The notes under the pieces: model-generated
What the model saw: the letters and a program-made list of their open reading frames with translations, nothing else
Database searches by the model: none
What the model was told of the DNA's origin: nothing
Position numbers and translations under genes: made by a program
Origin: an uncultured beta proteobacterium
Lineage (GTDB): Bacteria > Pseudomonadota > Gammaproteobacteria > Burkholderiales > Casimicrobiaceae
DNA: 64,000 nucleotides
NCBI GenBank assembly: GCA_963750215.1
Contig: CAVVQK010000004.1
Coordinates: 368,865 to 432,864, forward strand
Direction: 5' to 3'
Part shown: piece after piece, positions 39,283 through 48,058 of the stretch
How positions within the stretch are numbered: position 1 is the stretch's first letter
Layout of the letters: each line of letters opens with the position of its first letter

Positions 39283-41112
39283 TCAACCCGCCTTGCCCGC
39301 CTCCACCGCGGCGAGGGTCTTCTTGGGATTGATCAGCCTGCGCCGGCCGTCGGGCGTCTGGTCGGCGTTGTCACGGATCAACGCAATCACCTGGCTGGGC
39401 GAGAGCTTCGGATCGACGGCGAGGATCTTTGCCGCCAGGTTCACCACCTGCGGCGCGGCCATGGAGGTGCCCGACTCGGCGAGCTTCTCGCCCCCCGGGA
39501 TGACGCTGACGACCTGATAGCCGTTGGCGTGCACCTTGACCGTGGGGCCGTAGCTCGTGAACGAGGCCTCGTCCCCCGCCTTGTCGACCGCACCGACGGT
39601 GAGCAGGTTGGGCAGCACGATGCCGGCCGGAATGTCCTCGACGAACGAGGCGTCCTGGTTGCTGTTGCCTGCCGCAGTGACGAACAGGATGTCCGGCGCG
39701 CTCGCGAAGGCGCTGGTAAGCGCGTTTTTCTCGACGTCGAAGTAGTCGCGCGCGATCGCCTTGCGCTCGTCGGGCGTCTTGCCGATGTGGCAGAGCTCCA
39801 GCGCGTCTTCATAATCCTTCACGCTGCCGCCCCAACTCATGTTCACCACGCGCACGTGCTGCTGCTTGAAGAAGTCGACGTAGGATTGCATGTTCTTGGC
39901 ATTGCGCAGCGCGAGCTCGCGGCTCGGGCACGGATCGGGTATCAAGTGCCAATCGAATTCGATACGGCCGACGACCAGGCGCGCATACGGATTGCCGGCG
40001 ACGGCGATGCCGGCGACGTGCGTGCCATGCATCCAGTTGCCGGTCAGCCCGATTTCCTCGACGAAAGCCTTGTACTCGTCGGGCTTGAGCGTCGACATGT
40101 AGTTCTTGACCTCGCTCGCTTCGGGGCTATCGATGTTCGAGCGCAGGTCGGAAAAGCCCTTGAGGAAAGACTTGAGCTCCGGCACCTTGCTCTTCAGCGC
40201 GTCGGGGATGGGCTCCAGCTCGCCCTTGGCAGGTTCCTCGAAGCGGTCGAAGGCGATGACCGGCACGCTGCCGCCCGGGTTGGCGAGGTTGTGGGGGAAG
40301 AGCTTGGTGTCCACGCCGCTGTCCCACACGGCGATCGTCACCGGCGTGTAGTTCGCACCGGCAGGCAGCGTCACCGCGCGCGCCGCCCAGATGTCGGGCT
40401 TGTCGACCTGGTGCGCGGCGACATAGCCGCTCCAGACGTCAACCAGCGCGGGCTTCAGTGGCAGGATGAAGTCGTAGATGTACTTGATGCGCACCAGCCC
40501 GGGCGCCAGGTCGGAGGAGAGCGAGCCGTTCTTGTCCACGGCGGGCTGCAGCACCTCGCGCACGTTGCCGATCAAGCGCCCCTCGCCCAGGAGCTCGTAG
40601 CCGGCCTTGATCTCCTTGGCCTCGTTGCTGATCACCTCGTAGGGCAGGCCGGCGAGGTCGCCCTTGACCGAGGCCGCCGCCGCGGCCCGATTGGCGGCGG
40701 AGGTACGGTCGGCGCTGGCGCGCTCGCCGGCGACCACCGCCCGCGCGGTGATCCCCGAGAGCAGCTTGTCGGCCGGCTTGTCCTCGAGCGCCTTGATCTG
40801 TGCGAGGCGCGAGAGCACCGCGTCGTAGTTGCCTTCGAGCATGTCGAGCTGGGCAAGCTCCGTCAGAAGCTCGCGCAGCGTGGCTCGGTCGCCGATTTCG
40901 TATTTCGCGAGCACGCTTTCGAGGTCGCGACGTACCTGGATGGCGAACGGCCTGAACTTGGCGTCGTCGCGAACCATGTCCTCGATCTTGCTGTCGAGCT
41001 TGTAGCTGAAGCGCGGCAGGTCGGCCGCCTTGTCGATGCGCGTCTTGCCCAGCGCAGCGGCGCCGCCAGCGAAGAGCAGAGCGAGGAGGAGCACGGGCAG
41101 TCTCTTGAACAC
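39283..41112 (-). CDS. Secreted S8 (subtilisin-family) serine peptidase, 609 aa
   Basis: GTG start at 41112 lies 7 nt after GGAGGA. A signal peptide is present (MFKRLPVLLLALLFAGGAAALG). The catalytic triad contexts are VTIAVWDSGVD (Asp), MHGTHVAGIAVAG (His) and SGTSMAAPQVVNLAAKI (Ser). Confidence 0.9.
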   Translation of the reverse strand: MFKRLPVLLLALLFAGGAAALGKTRIDKAADLPRFSYKLDSKIEDMVRDDAKFRPFAIQVRRDLESVLAKYEIGDRATLRELLTELAQLDMLEGNYDAVLSRLAQIKALEDKPADKLLSGITARAVVAGERASADRTSAANRAAAAASVKGDLAGLPYEVISNEAKEIKAGYELLGEGRLIGNVREVLQPAVDKNGSLSSDLAPGLVRIKYIYDFILPLKPALVDVWSGYVAAHQVDKPDIWAARAVTLPAGANYTPVTIAVWDSGVDTKLFPHNLANPGGSVPVIAFDRFEEPAKGELEPIPDALKSKVPELKSFLKGFSDLRSNIDSPEASEVKNYMSTLKPDEYKAFVEEIGLTGNWMHGTHVAGIAVAGNPYARLVVGRIEFDWHLIPDPCPSRELALRNAKNMQSYVDFFKQQHVRVVNMSWGGSVKDYEDALELCHIGKTPDERKAIARDYFDVEKNALTSAFASAPDILFVTAAGNSNQDASFVEDIPAGIVLPNLLTVGAVDKAGDEASFTSYGPTVKVHANGYQVVSVIPGGEKLAESGTSMAAPQVVNLAAKILAVDPKLSPSQVIALIRDNADQTPDGRRRLINPKKTLAAVEAGKAG

Positions 41113-41600
41113 GGGTAAATCCTCCGGGTTGTCTGGCGGCGCGCCTCTGACCCGAGCGCACGATTGGATGCGATTCTACCGCTCGACACTTAGGCCAGAC
41201 TTAAAGCCGGGCGGGACCCGACCGGGTAAAGGCGCGGACCTGAGCATTTCGATGCCGTCACCTGGCGAGGCTGCTTCAACCCGGTACGCTCCGGCGACAG
41301 CCGAGGCTTAGCCTTATGAATCAACGGCTTTTGAGGTGCCCTGCCATCGCGTCCAAGGAATGGTCGCCACCCGCGTTGACGCTCAGGTCCCGCGGCGAGC
41401 GGACCACGCCGCAATCGTTATCCGGACCCATTGCCTGCCTCCTGCCTGGGGGCCACAGCGCAGAGCGCGCGGCGGCGACCCTTGCGACGATTCGATACTT
41501 GTTGGACAGGCGTCGCGAGGGATGTCTGCGCAGGCTCCTCGTCGCCGCGTCGTGAGCACAACAGGGCAGTTGCATTGCGCCTTCTGACGGTTATAAGACG

Positions 41601-41630
41601 TTGGACTACGCGGATTCTGATTTGGACTAC
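41601..41630. promoter_or_regulatory. Perfect 9-bp direct repeat TTGGACTAC x2, start-to-start spacing 21 bp (candidate transcription-factor site)
   Basis: TTGGACTAC occurs at 41601-41609 and again at 41622-41630. The pair lies in the 672-bp divergent intergenic region between the S8 peptidase gene and the mini-lipoprotein ORF, about 155 bp upstream of the latter. Confidence 0.2.
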
Positions 41631-41784
41631 ATGAGAAACAGTTGCCAGCCGATAGCGCTTCGCGCCCGACCCGTGGGACGCTTTAGCCAGTGCCAGATGC
41701 CGCCGACAAGGGCATTGAAAAAATGGCACGTGGTGTCCGCCGGGCCAATCGGGCGGGCCCCAAACTACGCGAGGAGATTGTCTT

Positions 41785-41940
41785 ATGAAGCGGCTGCTGG
41801 CTGTCGCAATACTGAGTGCCATTCTCGGCGGTTGCGTGGTCTATCCGGACGGTGATCGAAATTATTACCGCGGGGACGAGCACTGGGAGCATCATCATGA
41901 TGGCGATCGCTTTTACGGGTTCCATGATCATGGATCGTAA
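41785..41940 (+). CDS. His-rich mini-lipoprotein, 51 aa (too short for the ORF track)
   Basis: ATG at 41785 lies 8 nt after GAGGAG (41771-41776). Translation: MKRLLAVAILSAILGGCVVYPDGDRNYYRGDEHWEHHHDGDRFYGFHDHGS, ending at TAA 41938-41940. The signal peptide and lipobox (ILGG|C) are textbook. The mature 35-aa peptide is rich in His, Asp and Tyr. Confidence 0.5.
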   Translation: MKRLLAVAILSAILGGCVVYPDGDRNYYRGDEHWEHHHDGDRFYGFHDHGS

Positions 41941-42391
41941 GAGCGCATGATGTTTCCGTCATACCCATTTCCGGCGGGCGGAATTCGCTTTCTCGCATCG
42001 CTGTCGCCCGCCCCGCGTGGACTGCCCGTGCGAAGCCCAAGTTGAAAAACCGGGAGGGACGAGTTTCTCTTCGGGCGCGAGTTGCCTGAGCGACGAGCCC
42101 AGCGCGGCCCGTTGCCCGCCGCCGGGGATTTGCTCTGCTGCGCGAAGGCGATTCGGGAATCACCGCCAACGCACGGGCGCAATGAAACCGGCCGCGGCAC
42201 GCATGCGGCGTTCCCCCCTTCGTCCCGGCAATAGCCGCGTCGCTGTCGATTTGCGAAATACGCGCTGAATCAACGCATTGCACGCCGCCCTGCTCCCGCG
42301 CGCAGGTGTCTCCCCGGGTTGGCCAGCAAACGGTTGCCGCGGTTGGCTCGAGGGGTGCGTGGCGGGCCGGGTGGCGCCGTAAAATCCCGGC

Positions 42392-43111
42392 ATGCCAAAC
42401 CACATCGGCATTGTCGCCTGCTCTGCCGAAGGCGCAGCGCTTTGCTATCGGACGATCTGCGTGGAAGGCGCGCGGCTTTTCGGGCCCCACGCCCATCCCG
42501 AGGTTTCGATGCACACCCATTCGCTTGCGCAGTACATGCAGTGCATCGACCGCGGCGACTGGCAGGGCGTGGGTGAGCTGATGCTTTCCTCTGCAGGCAA
42601 GCTCGCGCAAATCGGCTCCGATTTCCTGATCTGCCCCGATAACACCATCCACCAGGCGCTTGCCTTGGTTGAACCGCGCTCACCGCTTCCCTGGCTGCAC
42701 ATCGCCGAGGTCGTCACCACCCATGCAGTCGAACGCGGCTTCCGCCGCCTCGGCCTGACCGGAACGCGCTGGCTCCTCGCGAGCGAGACCTATCCGGAGA
42801 AGCTGACAGCGCGCGGCCTGCAGTACCTGCGCCCGAGCCCTGGCGAATGCGAAGAAATCAATCGCATCATCATGGACGAGCTGGTTTACGGCGTGTTCAA
42901 GCCCGAGGCGGCTGCCTACTTTCGACAGGTCGTCGGACGCATGAAGGACAAGGGTTGCGACGCCGTTGTGCTCGGCTGCACCGAAATCCCGTTGCTGATA
43001 GACGACTCGATTTCACCGCTGCCGACGCTTGACTCGACTCGACTGCTTGCGCGCGCGGCGCTGCGCCGGGCGCTGCAGAGCGACGCCGGACCCGTCGGCG
43101 CTCGCGGGTGA
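42392..43111 (+). CDS. Aspartate/glutamate/hydantoin racemase family protein
   Basis: MPNHIGIVACSAEGAALCY...FLICPDNTIHQAL...VVLGCTEIPLLI. Two Cys-containing active-site blocks are typical of the Asp/Glu racemase fold. Confidence 0.85.
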   Translation: MPNHIGIVACSAEGAALCYRTICVEGARLFGPHAHPEVSMHTHSLAQYMQCIDRGDWQGVGELMLSSAGKLAQIGSDFLICPDNTIHQALALVEPRSPLPWLHIAEVVTTHAVERGFRRLGLTGTRWLLASETYPEKLTARGLQYLRPSPGECEEINRIIMDELVYGVFKPEAAAYFRQVVGRMKDKGCDAVVLGCTEIPLLIDDSISPLPTLDSTRLLARAALRRALQSDAGPVGARG

Positions 43112-43939
43112 CTCCAGAGACGCCTGCAGCTTGAGACAGCGCTCGAGCAGTCGAGGCGCTTCCATGCGCTCCGTCCACGAGGCAAATGTCCGGGTAGGCC
43201 CGTGCCAGCGCAGCTCGTCAACATCTCGGAACAGGGGTTCGTCGGTCCTCAGCGTCGCAAGCTTCTTGAACAGCAGCGCGCGCTCGCGACGATCGCCCAG
43301 CACGGCGGGAGGAAAGTCCTCGATCGCGCCGTGGCGATTCAAAAGCTGTGCCGCGGTGACGCGCCCGATACCTGAAATACCCGGATACCCGTCTGCCAGG
43401 TCGCCGACAAGGGCGAGGTAATCCGGGATCAAGGCAGGGTCCACGCCGAACTTCTGGCGCACGCCTGCCGCGTCCAGGACCTTATTTGCTCTGCGATCCA
43501 TCTGCACCACTCGCTCGCCGCGGACGCACTGCGCCAGATCCTTGTCGACTGTCCAGATGCAGACCTTCTCCACGCGCCGATCTTCGGACGCGATTCGCGC
43601 TGCCGACGCCAGCGCGTCGTCGGCCTCGAGCTCGACCATCGGCCAGGCGACGACGCCCATCGCGACGAGCGCTTCCTCCAGCGGGTGGAATTGCCCGAAA
43701 AGGGCAGGCTCGATGCCGTCACCGGTTTTGTAGTCCGCCCAAAGGCGGTTGCGAAACGACTCGATGACGTGATCGGTCGCCACACCGACATGGCTGGCTC
43801 CCTGCTCCAGCATCTGCACAACCGTCTGCAGCACGCCGGTCACGGCGCCCAGAGGCCGGTCCTTGCCTTCGTTGAAACGACGCAGGCCGTAGAAGTGCCG
43901 GAACAGCTCGTAGGTCCCGTCCACGACGTGAACAATCAT
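43013..43939 (-). CDS. 5'-3' exonuclease / flap endonuclease family protein (PIN-like plus H3TH)
   Basis: MIVHVVDGTYELFRHFYG...HVGVATDHVIESFRNRLWADYKTG...ELEADDALAS...IWTVDKDLAQCV...IPDYLALVGDLADGYPGISGIG. The basic low-complexity tail overlaps the racemase 3' end. Confidence 0.85.
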   Translation of the reverse strand: MIVHVVDGTYELFRHFYGLRRFNEGKDRPLGAVTGVLQTVVQMLEQGASHVGVATDHVIESFRNRLWADYKTGDGIEPALFGQFHPLEEALVAMGVVAWPMVELEADDALASAARIASEDRRVEKVCIWTVDKDLAQCVRGERVVQMDRRANKVLDAAGVRQKFGVDPALIPDYLALVGDLADGYPGISGIGRVTAAQLLNRHGAIEDFPPAVLGDRRERALLFKKLATLRTDEPLFRDVDELRWHGPTRTFASWTERMEAPRLLERCLKLQASLESPASADGSGVALQRPAQRRARKQSSRVKRRQR

Positions 43940-44031
43940 GCGTCATTATGCCGCGGGATCGATCCGGGCGCGGCCCGCAATGAACTGGTTTGGCGCGCAC
44001 TCATGAATGGCATAAACTGCGCGACGCACTC

Positions 44032-45519
44032 ATGCTTACCCCGCCATTCATCGCCCCGCGCCAATTCGACGAACCAGCCTCCGCACTGGCGCAAGTACGT
44101 GCCGTCTACGAGCATTCGGTCGGCCATCTGCGCACAGCGCTCGAGCGCTTCGTCGCCGGCGAGGACCTGCCGGATCGTGTTCGCGCTTGCTACCCCTTCG
44201 TTCGCATACGCACCGAATCGGTAGCGCGCGCGGACTCCCGCCTGAGCTATGGTTTCGTTGCCGGGCCGGGCATCTATGAGACCACGTTGACGCGGCCGGA
44301 TTTGTTTGGGCCCTACTACCTTGAGCAATTTCGCCTGCTGTTGGACAACCACGACGTCTCCCTCGAGATCGGCACCAGCAGGCAGCCGATCCCGATGCAC
44401 TTCGCTTTCGCCGAGCACGAGCACTTTGAGGGATCGCTGGCCGCGGAGCGGCACCTGCGGATGCGTGATTTGTTCGATTTGCCCGACCTCGGCACCATGG
44501 ATGACGGCATCGCCGATGGAACATTCGAGGCGGGCCCGGGCGACCCGCGACCGCTGGCATTGTTTACGGCGCCCCGCGTGGACTACTCGTTGCACCGGCT
44601 GCGTCACTACACGGATACCGCTCCCGAGGCATTCCAGAACTTCGTGTTATTCACCAACTACCAGTTCTATATCGACGAGTTCGTGCGCCTCGGCCGTGGA
44701 CTGATATCCGCTCCGGATCGGGAAGGCGAGGCGTATATGTCCTTCGTGGAGCCGGGCAACGTGGTGACCCGTCGCGCCGGCGAGGCGGCCGCGCCCGGGG
44801 ATGGGGGCGCCGCCGGGCCGTCGCGCTCGCCGCAGATGCCCGCGTACCACCTGGTGTGCGCCGATCGCACCGGCATCACGATGGTCAATATCGGCGTCGG
44901 AGCCGGCAATGCCAAGACCATCACGGACCACATCGCCGTATTGCGTCCGCACGCCTGGATCATGCTCGGCCATTGCGCCGGCTTGCGAACCACGCAGCAG
45001 CTTGGCGACTACGTGCTCGCGCACGGCTACGTTCGCGATGATCACGTCTTGGACGAGGATGTCCCGCTGTGGGTGCCGATCCCGCCGCTGGCCGAAGTGC
45101 AGCTAGCACTGGAAGCAGCGGTGGCGGACGTCACGCAACTCAAGGGCTATGACCTCAAGCGCATCATGCGCACAGGCACCGTGGCCAGCACGGACAATCG
45201 CAACTGGGAGTTGCGGCCGCAGCGCACGCCCATGCGCCGCTTCAGCCAAAGCCGGGCGATTGCCCTGGACATGGAGAGCGCGACGATCGCCGCCAACGGC
45301 TTCCGCTTTCGCGTTCCCTACGGCACGCTGCTCTGTGTCAGCGATAAGCCGTTGCACGGCGAGATCAAGCTGCCCGGCATGGCGAACCGGTTCTACCGCG
45401 AACGCGTGGGTCAGCATCTGCGCATCGGCATGCGTGCGATTGAGTTGCTGCGCCAGCAGCGACCGGACCAGCTGCATAGCCGCAAGCTGCGGAGCTTCGC
45501 TGAGGTGGCGTTCCGGTAA
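44032..45519 (+). CDS. amn: AMP nucleosidase
   Basis: I prefer the ATG at 44032; the listed start at 43990 is a TTG. The Amn pattern is clear: the N-terminal domain aligns with the E. coli Amn logic (LAQVRAVYEHSVGHLRTAL), and the PNP/UDP core is present (ITMVNIGVGAGNAKTITDHIAVLRPHAWIMLGHCAGL...ALDMESATIA). Confidence 0.9.
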   Translation: MLTPPFIAPRQFDEPASALAQVRAVYEHSVGHLRTALERFVAGEDLPDRVRACYPFVRIRTESVARADSRLSYGFVAGPGIYETTLTRPDLFGPYYLEQFRLLLDNHDVSLEIGTSRQPIPMHFAFAEHEHFEGSLAAERHLRMRDLFDLPDLGTMDDGIADGTFEAGPGDPRPLALFTAPRVDYSLHRLRHYTDTAPEAFQNFVLFTNYQFYIDEFVRLGRGLISAPDREGEAYMSFVEPGNVVTRRAGEAAAPGDGGAAGPSRSPQMPAYHLVCADRTGITMVNIGVGAGNAKTITDHIAVLRPHAWIMLGHCAGLRTTQQLGDYVLAHGYVRDDHVLDEDVPLWVPIPPLAEVQLALEAAVADVTQLKGYDLKRIMRTGTVASTDNRNWELRPQRTPMRRFSQSRAIALDMESATIAANGFRFRVPYGTLLCVSDKPLHGEIKLPGMANRFYRERVGQHLRIGMRAIELLRQQRPDQLHSRKLRSFAEVAFR

Positions 45520-45689
45520 GCGTCAAGGCGGGCGGGGGGCGCCGCGACCGCGGCAATGGCCGCAACAAGGGCGTCCGGGTCGCGACAAGCGGTCAGCGCG
45601 CTCGAGGCATGGCTCTTCCGGCGCGGCCCGGGCGCCTGCCCGGCGCGTACCGGACCGGGGGGAGCCCGGGAATAAATCGTCGCAGTGGT

Positions 45690-45701
45690 CGGTCTAGACC
45701 G
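45690..45701. promoter_or_regulatory. Perfect 12-bp palindrome CGGTCTAGACCG (candidate operator)
   Basis: The palindrome at 45690-45701 is followed by a related half-repeat GGTGCAGACC (45701-45710). It lies about 37 bp upstream of the metallophosphoesterase ATG. Confidence 0.25.
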
Positions 45702-45737
45702 GTGCAGACCTCCCGCCACCACCCCAAGGAGCCCCAT

Positions 45738-46694
45738 ATGAGCACAAGCGACCGCGCCGCACCGAACAATCCCGCCCGCCGCAAGGCGTTGAGCTGTCTC
45801 GCGGCCTGGAGCGGCGCAGCCGTCGTCTGGACGGTCTCCGGCGGCGTCACGCGGGCGCTGGGCGCGACGGGCACGGGCGGCCCGATGGGGGCGGCGGCGA
45901 ATGCGCTCACCTTCGTGCAGATCAGCGATACGCACATCGGCTTTAACAAGGCGGCCAATCCCGACGTCGTCGGCACACTGCGCCACGCGATCGCGGACAT
46001 TAACGCACTGCCGCAGGCGCCGGCCTTCGTCGTGCACACCGGCGACGTGAGCCACCTGTCCAAACCCGAGGAATTCGCCAAGGCGCGCGAGGTGCTGCAG
46101 GAACTCCGTTTCCAGGTGCACACGATTCCGGGCGAGCACGACGCGATCGATGACGGTGTCACTGGCTACCTCAAGTATTTCGACCACGACGGCAAGGGCA
46201 AGGCTTATTACAGCTTCGACCAGGGCGGCGTGCATTTCGTCGGCCTGAACAACGTGCTCAACTTCAAGCTGGGCACGATGGCCTCGCTCGGCGACGAGCA
46301 GATCGCCTGGATGAAAGCCGACCTCGCGCAGGTCTCCGCCTCCACCCCGATCGTGGTGCTCGGGCACATACCGCTGTGGACGATCTGGGAGCCCTGGGGC
46401 TGGGGAACGGCGGACTCCGCGCAGGCGATGGCCCTGCTGCGCCCGTTCGGCTCGGTGACGGTATTGAACGGCCACATCCACCAGGTGCTGCAGAAGGTCG
46501 AGGGCAACATTGCGCTGCACACGGCGATGTCGCTTGCCTACCCCTTGCCCACGCCCGGACAGTCCGGCATCGGCGAGCCTGGTCCGGTCACGGTTCCGGC
46601 CGGCGAACTGGGCAAGCTCCTCGGCACGCGGCAGTTGACCGTGGTGCGCGGAGCGCAGCAGCTGGCGATGATCGACACGCCGCTCGAGCGTTGA
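45738..46694 (+). CDS. Tat-exported metallophosphoesterase (calcineurin-like)
   Basis: ATG at 45738 follows AAGGAG. A twin-arginine signal is present (PARRKALSCLAAWSGAAV). Metallophosphoesterase motifs: ISDTH, HTGDVS, GEHD, LGHIPL, NGHIH. Confidence 0.85.
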   Translation: MSTSDRAAPNNPARRKALSCLAAWSGAAVVWTVSGGVTRALGATGTGGPMGAAANALTFVQISDTHIGFNKAANPDVVGTLRHAIADINALPQAPAFVVHTGDVSHLSKPEEFAKAREVLQELRFQVHTIPGEHDAIDDGVTGYLKYFDHDGKGKAYYSFDQGGVHFVGLNNVLNFKLGTMASLGDEQIAWMKADLAQVSASTPIVVLGHIPLWTIWEPWGWGTADSAQAMALLRPFGSVTVLNGHIHQVLQKVEGNIALHTAMSLAYPLPTPGQSGIGEPGPVTVPAGELGKLLGTRQLTVVRGAQQLAMIDTPLER

Positions 46695-46799
46695 CCGGAA
46701 AACCGGCCCTGGGCGGAGAGCGAAGCTGCGTGGGGCCTTTCGCCACTGAACAGCCGTACGCGGCTTTTGCCAAGGCCCCTGCCTACAAGGAAAATCCCC

Positions 46800-47156
46800 A
46801 TGAATGATTTCTCTTCTCGCCGCTCGCTGCGCCGCCTCCTGTGCGCCGCGCTCTTCCTGCCGGCGGTTCTCACCCTGGCGGCCGCGGCGGCTCCAGCGCC
46901 CCCGGCCGTCACGGTCGACATCACCAAGTTCGCCTTCGCGCCTAAGGAAATCACCGTCGCGCCCGGCACCCGGGTGACCTGGACCAATCACGACGAGACA
47001 CCCCATACAGTGACGGCCAACGACAAGAGTTTCGCCTCGAAGGGCCTCGATACCGACGACCGCTTCGAGCATACCTTCGCCGCCGAGGGCGATTTCGCCT
47101 ACTTCTGCACCGTGCACCCGTTCATGACCGGCGTGGTACACGTGAGAAAGCCCTAG
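46800..47156 (+). CDS. Cupredoxin-family (plastocyanin/amicyanin-like) blue copper protein
   Basis: ATG at 46800 gives a signal peptide (RRSLRRLLCAALFLPAVLTLAAA). Type-1 Cu ligand pattern: His in TNHDETPHTV, and C-x2-H-x2-M in YFCTVHPFM. Confidence 0.85.
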   Translation: MNDFSSRRSLRRLLCAALFLPAVLTLAAAAAPAPPAVTVDITKFAFAPKEITVAPGTRVTWTNHDETPHTVTANDKSFASKGLDTDDRFEHTFAAEGDFAYFCTVHPFMTGVVHVRKP

Positions 47157-47323
47157 TCCGTGGCCTCGAGCAACCCGGAAATGGTGTCCACGATTTGATT
47201 TTTTCGCAGGCCGTATCGGCTGCGCAACGCCGATTCGGTCTGCAACGGGACCGGCAAGCGGATCAGCGCCTTTTCCGGGGCGCCGCCCTCGCGCCTGATC
47301 AACCGGCGCGCCGTAAGGCGAAA

Positions 47324-47473
47324 TTCGAATACCTGAACAACCTGCCGACGTCGTTCGTCCTGCCCCCGGAGGCCGTCGACCGCCTCCGCGCCGCGGCGGC
47401 GACGATCCTGCGCTCGTCGCCCGATCTGCAGCGGCTGCTGAAGGACGCCGGCGCAAGCCTGATCGTCGAGCCG
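47324..47473 (+). pseudogene. Probable remnant of the C-terminus of a patatin-like phospholipase-type gene
   Basis: FEYLNNLPTSFVLPPEAVDRLRAAAATILRSSPDLQRLLKDAGASLIVEP has nearly all third positions G/C, which indicates coding or recently coding sequence. The LPTSF.L..E.VDRL....P.FQRLL pattern matches my memory of patatin-like lipoprotein C-termini. There is no credible upstream body or start. The family call is unverified. Confidence 0.3.
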
Positions 47474-48058
47474 GCGGCCCGGCGCCAGCGCCTGGCGCCA
47501 ACTAACGGTCGGACGGCGCACCCCGTTCCCTCGGTATCGCGCTCGACAAAAACACGCTGCCCCGCCTAGCAGATCGGTATTAAAGGGCAGTACGCAGCCG
47601 ACGGGCAGGCGCGCTCGTCGCTAGGCAGCGCGAGACCCCGCGACCGCCTGGGGCCGAGAGCAATCAGCCGGGCGTGACCGCTTTCGATGGCGGGTTCAAC
47701 CCCTGGACGCAACACCTGGCCGATTGCGACCTGCCGCGTGGCGTTTCTTTCTGCCCCACGGCGTCGGTCGCCACCGCGGGCGCGCGGCGCCAACGCGGGC
47801 CGGCATCGACAAGGATTCGCGCCCAACGAGAGCATGGCCCACCCGGCATGTCGCCGTAGCCGTGGCAATGGGCGGGAGCGGTCCGCATCGGTTGCGCCCG
47901 ACATTGACCAGAATCAAATCCAGCTGCTTTGGCGTTGCGAACGGTGTACCCGGGCACGGTGGTTGCTGTAAAGCAGAATGGACTGACGTCCTGGCTTATC
48001 GCAGCGCGACCTTTGACATCCATCCAACCCGATCAGAGATCGAATCGGAGACCAAGCA

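Noticed and set aside
45411-47501. A 696-aa minus-strand ORF spanning the AMP nucleosidase 3' end, the metallophosphoesterase, the cupredoxin and the remnant region.
   Set aside because: It crosses three independent plus-strand genes that have clear motifs, signals and ribosome-binding sites. It has no recognisable domain, and its composition is that of a shadow ORF.
47684-47712. A tRNA-like T-arm motif (GGCGGGTTCAACCCCTGG) that could have marked a tRNA gene or a genomic-island att site next to the orphan patch.
   Set aside because: The T-stem has a mismatch. No complementary 5' acceptor strand, anticodon arm or D-arm can be found in the preceding 70-80 nt, and no CCA or matching direct repeat was seen elsewhere in the patch.
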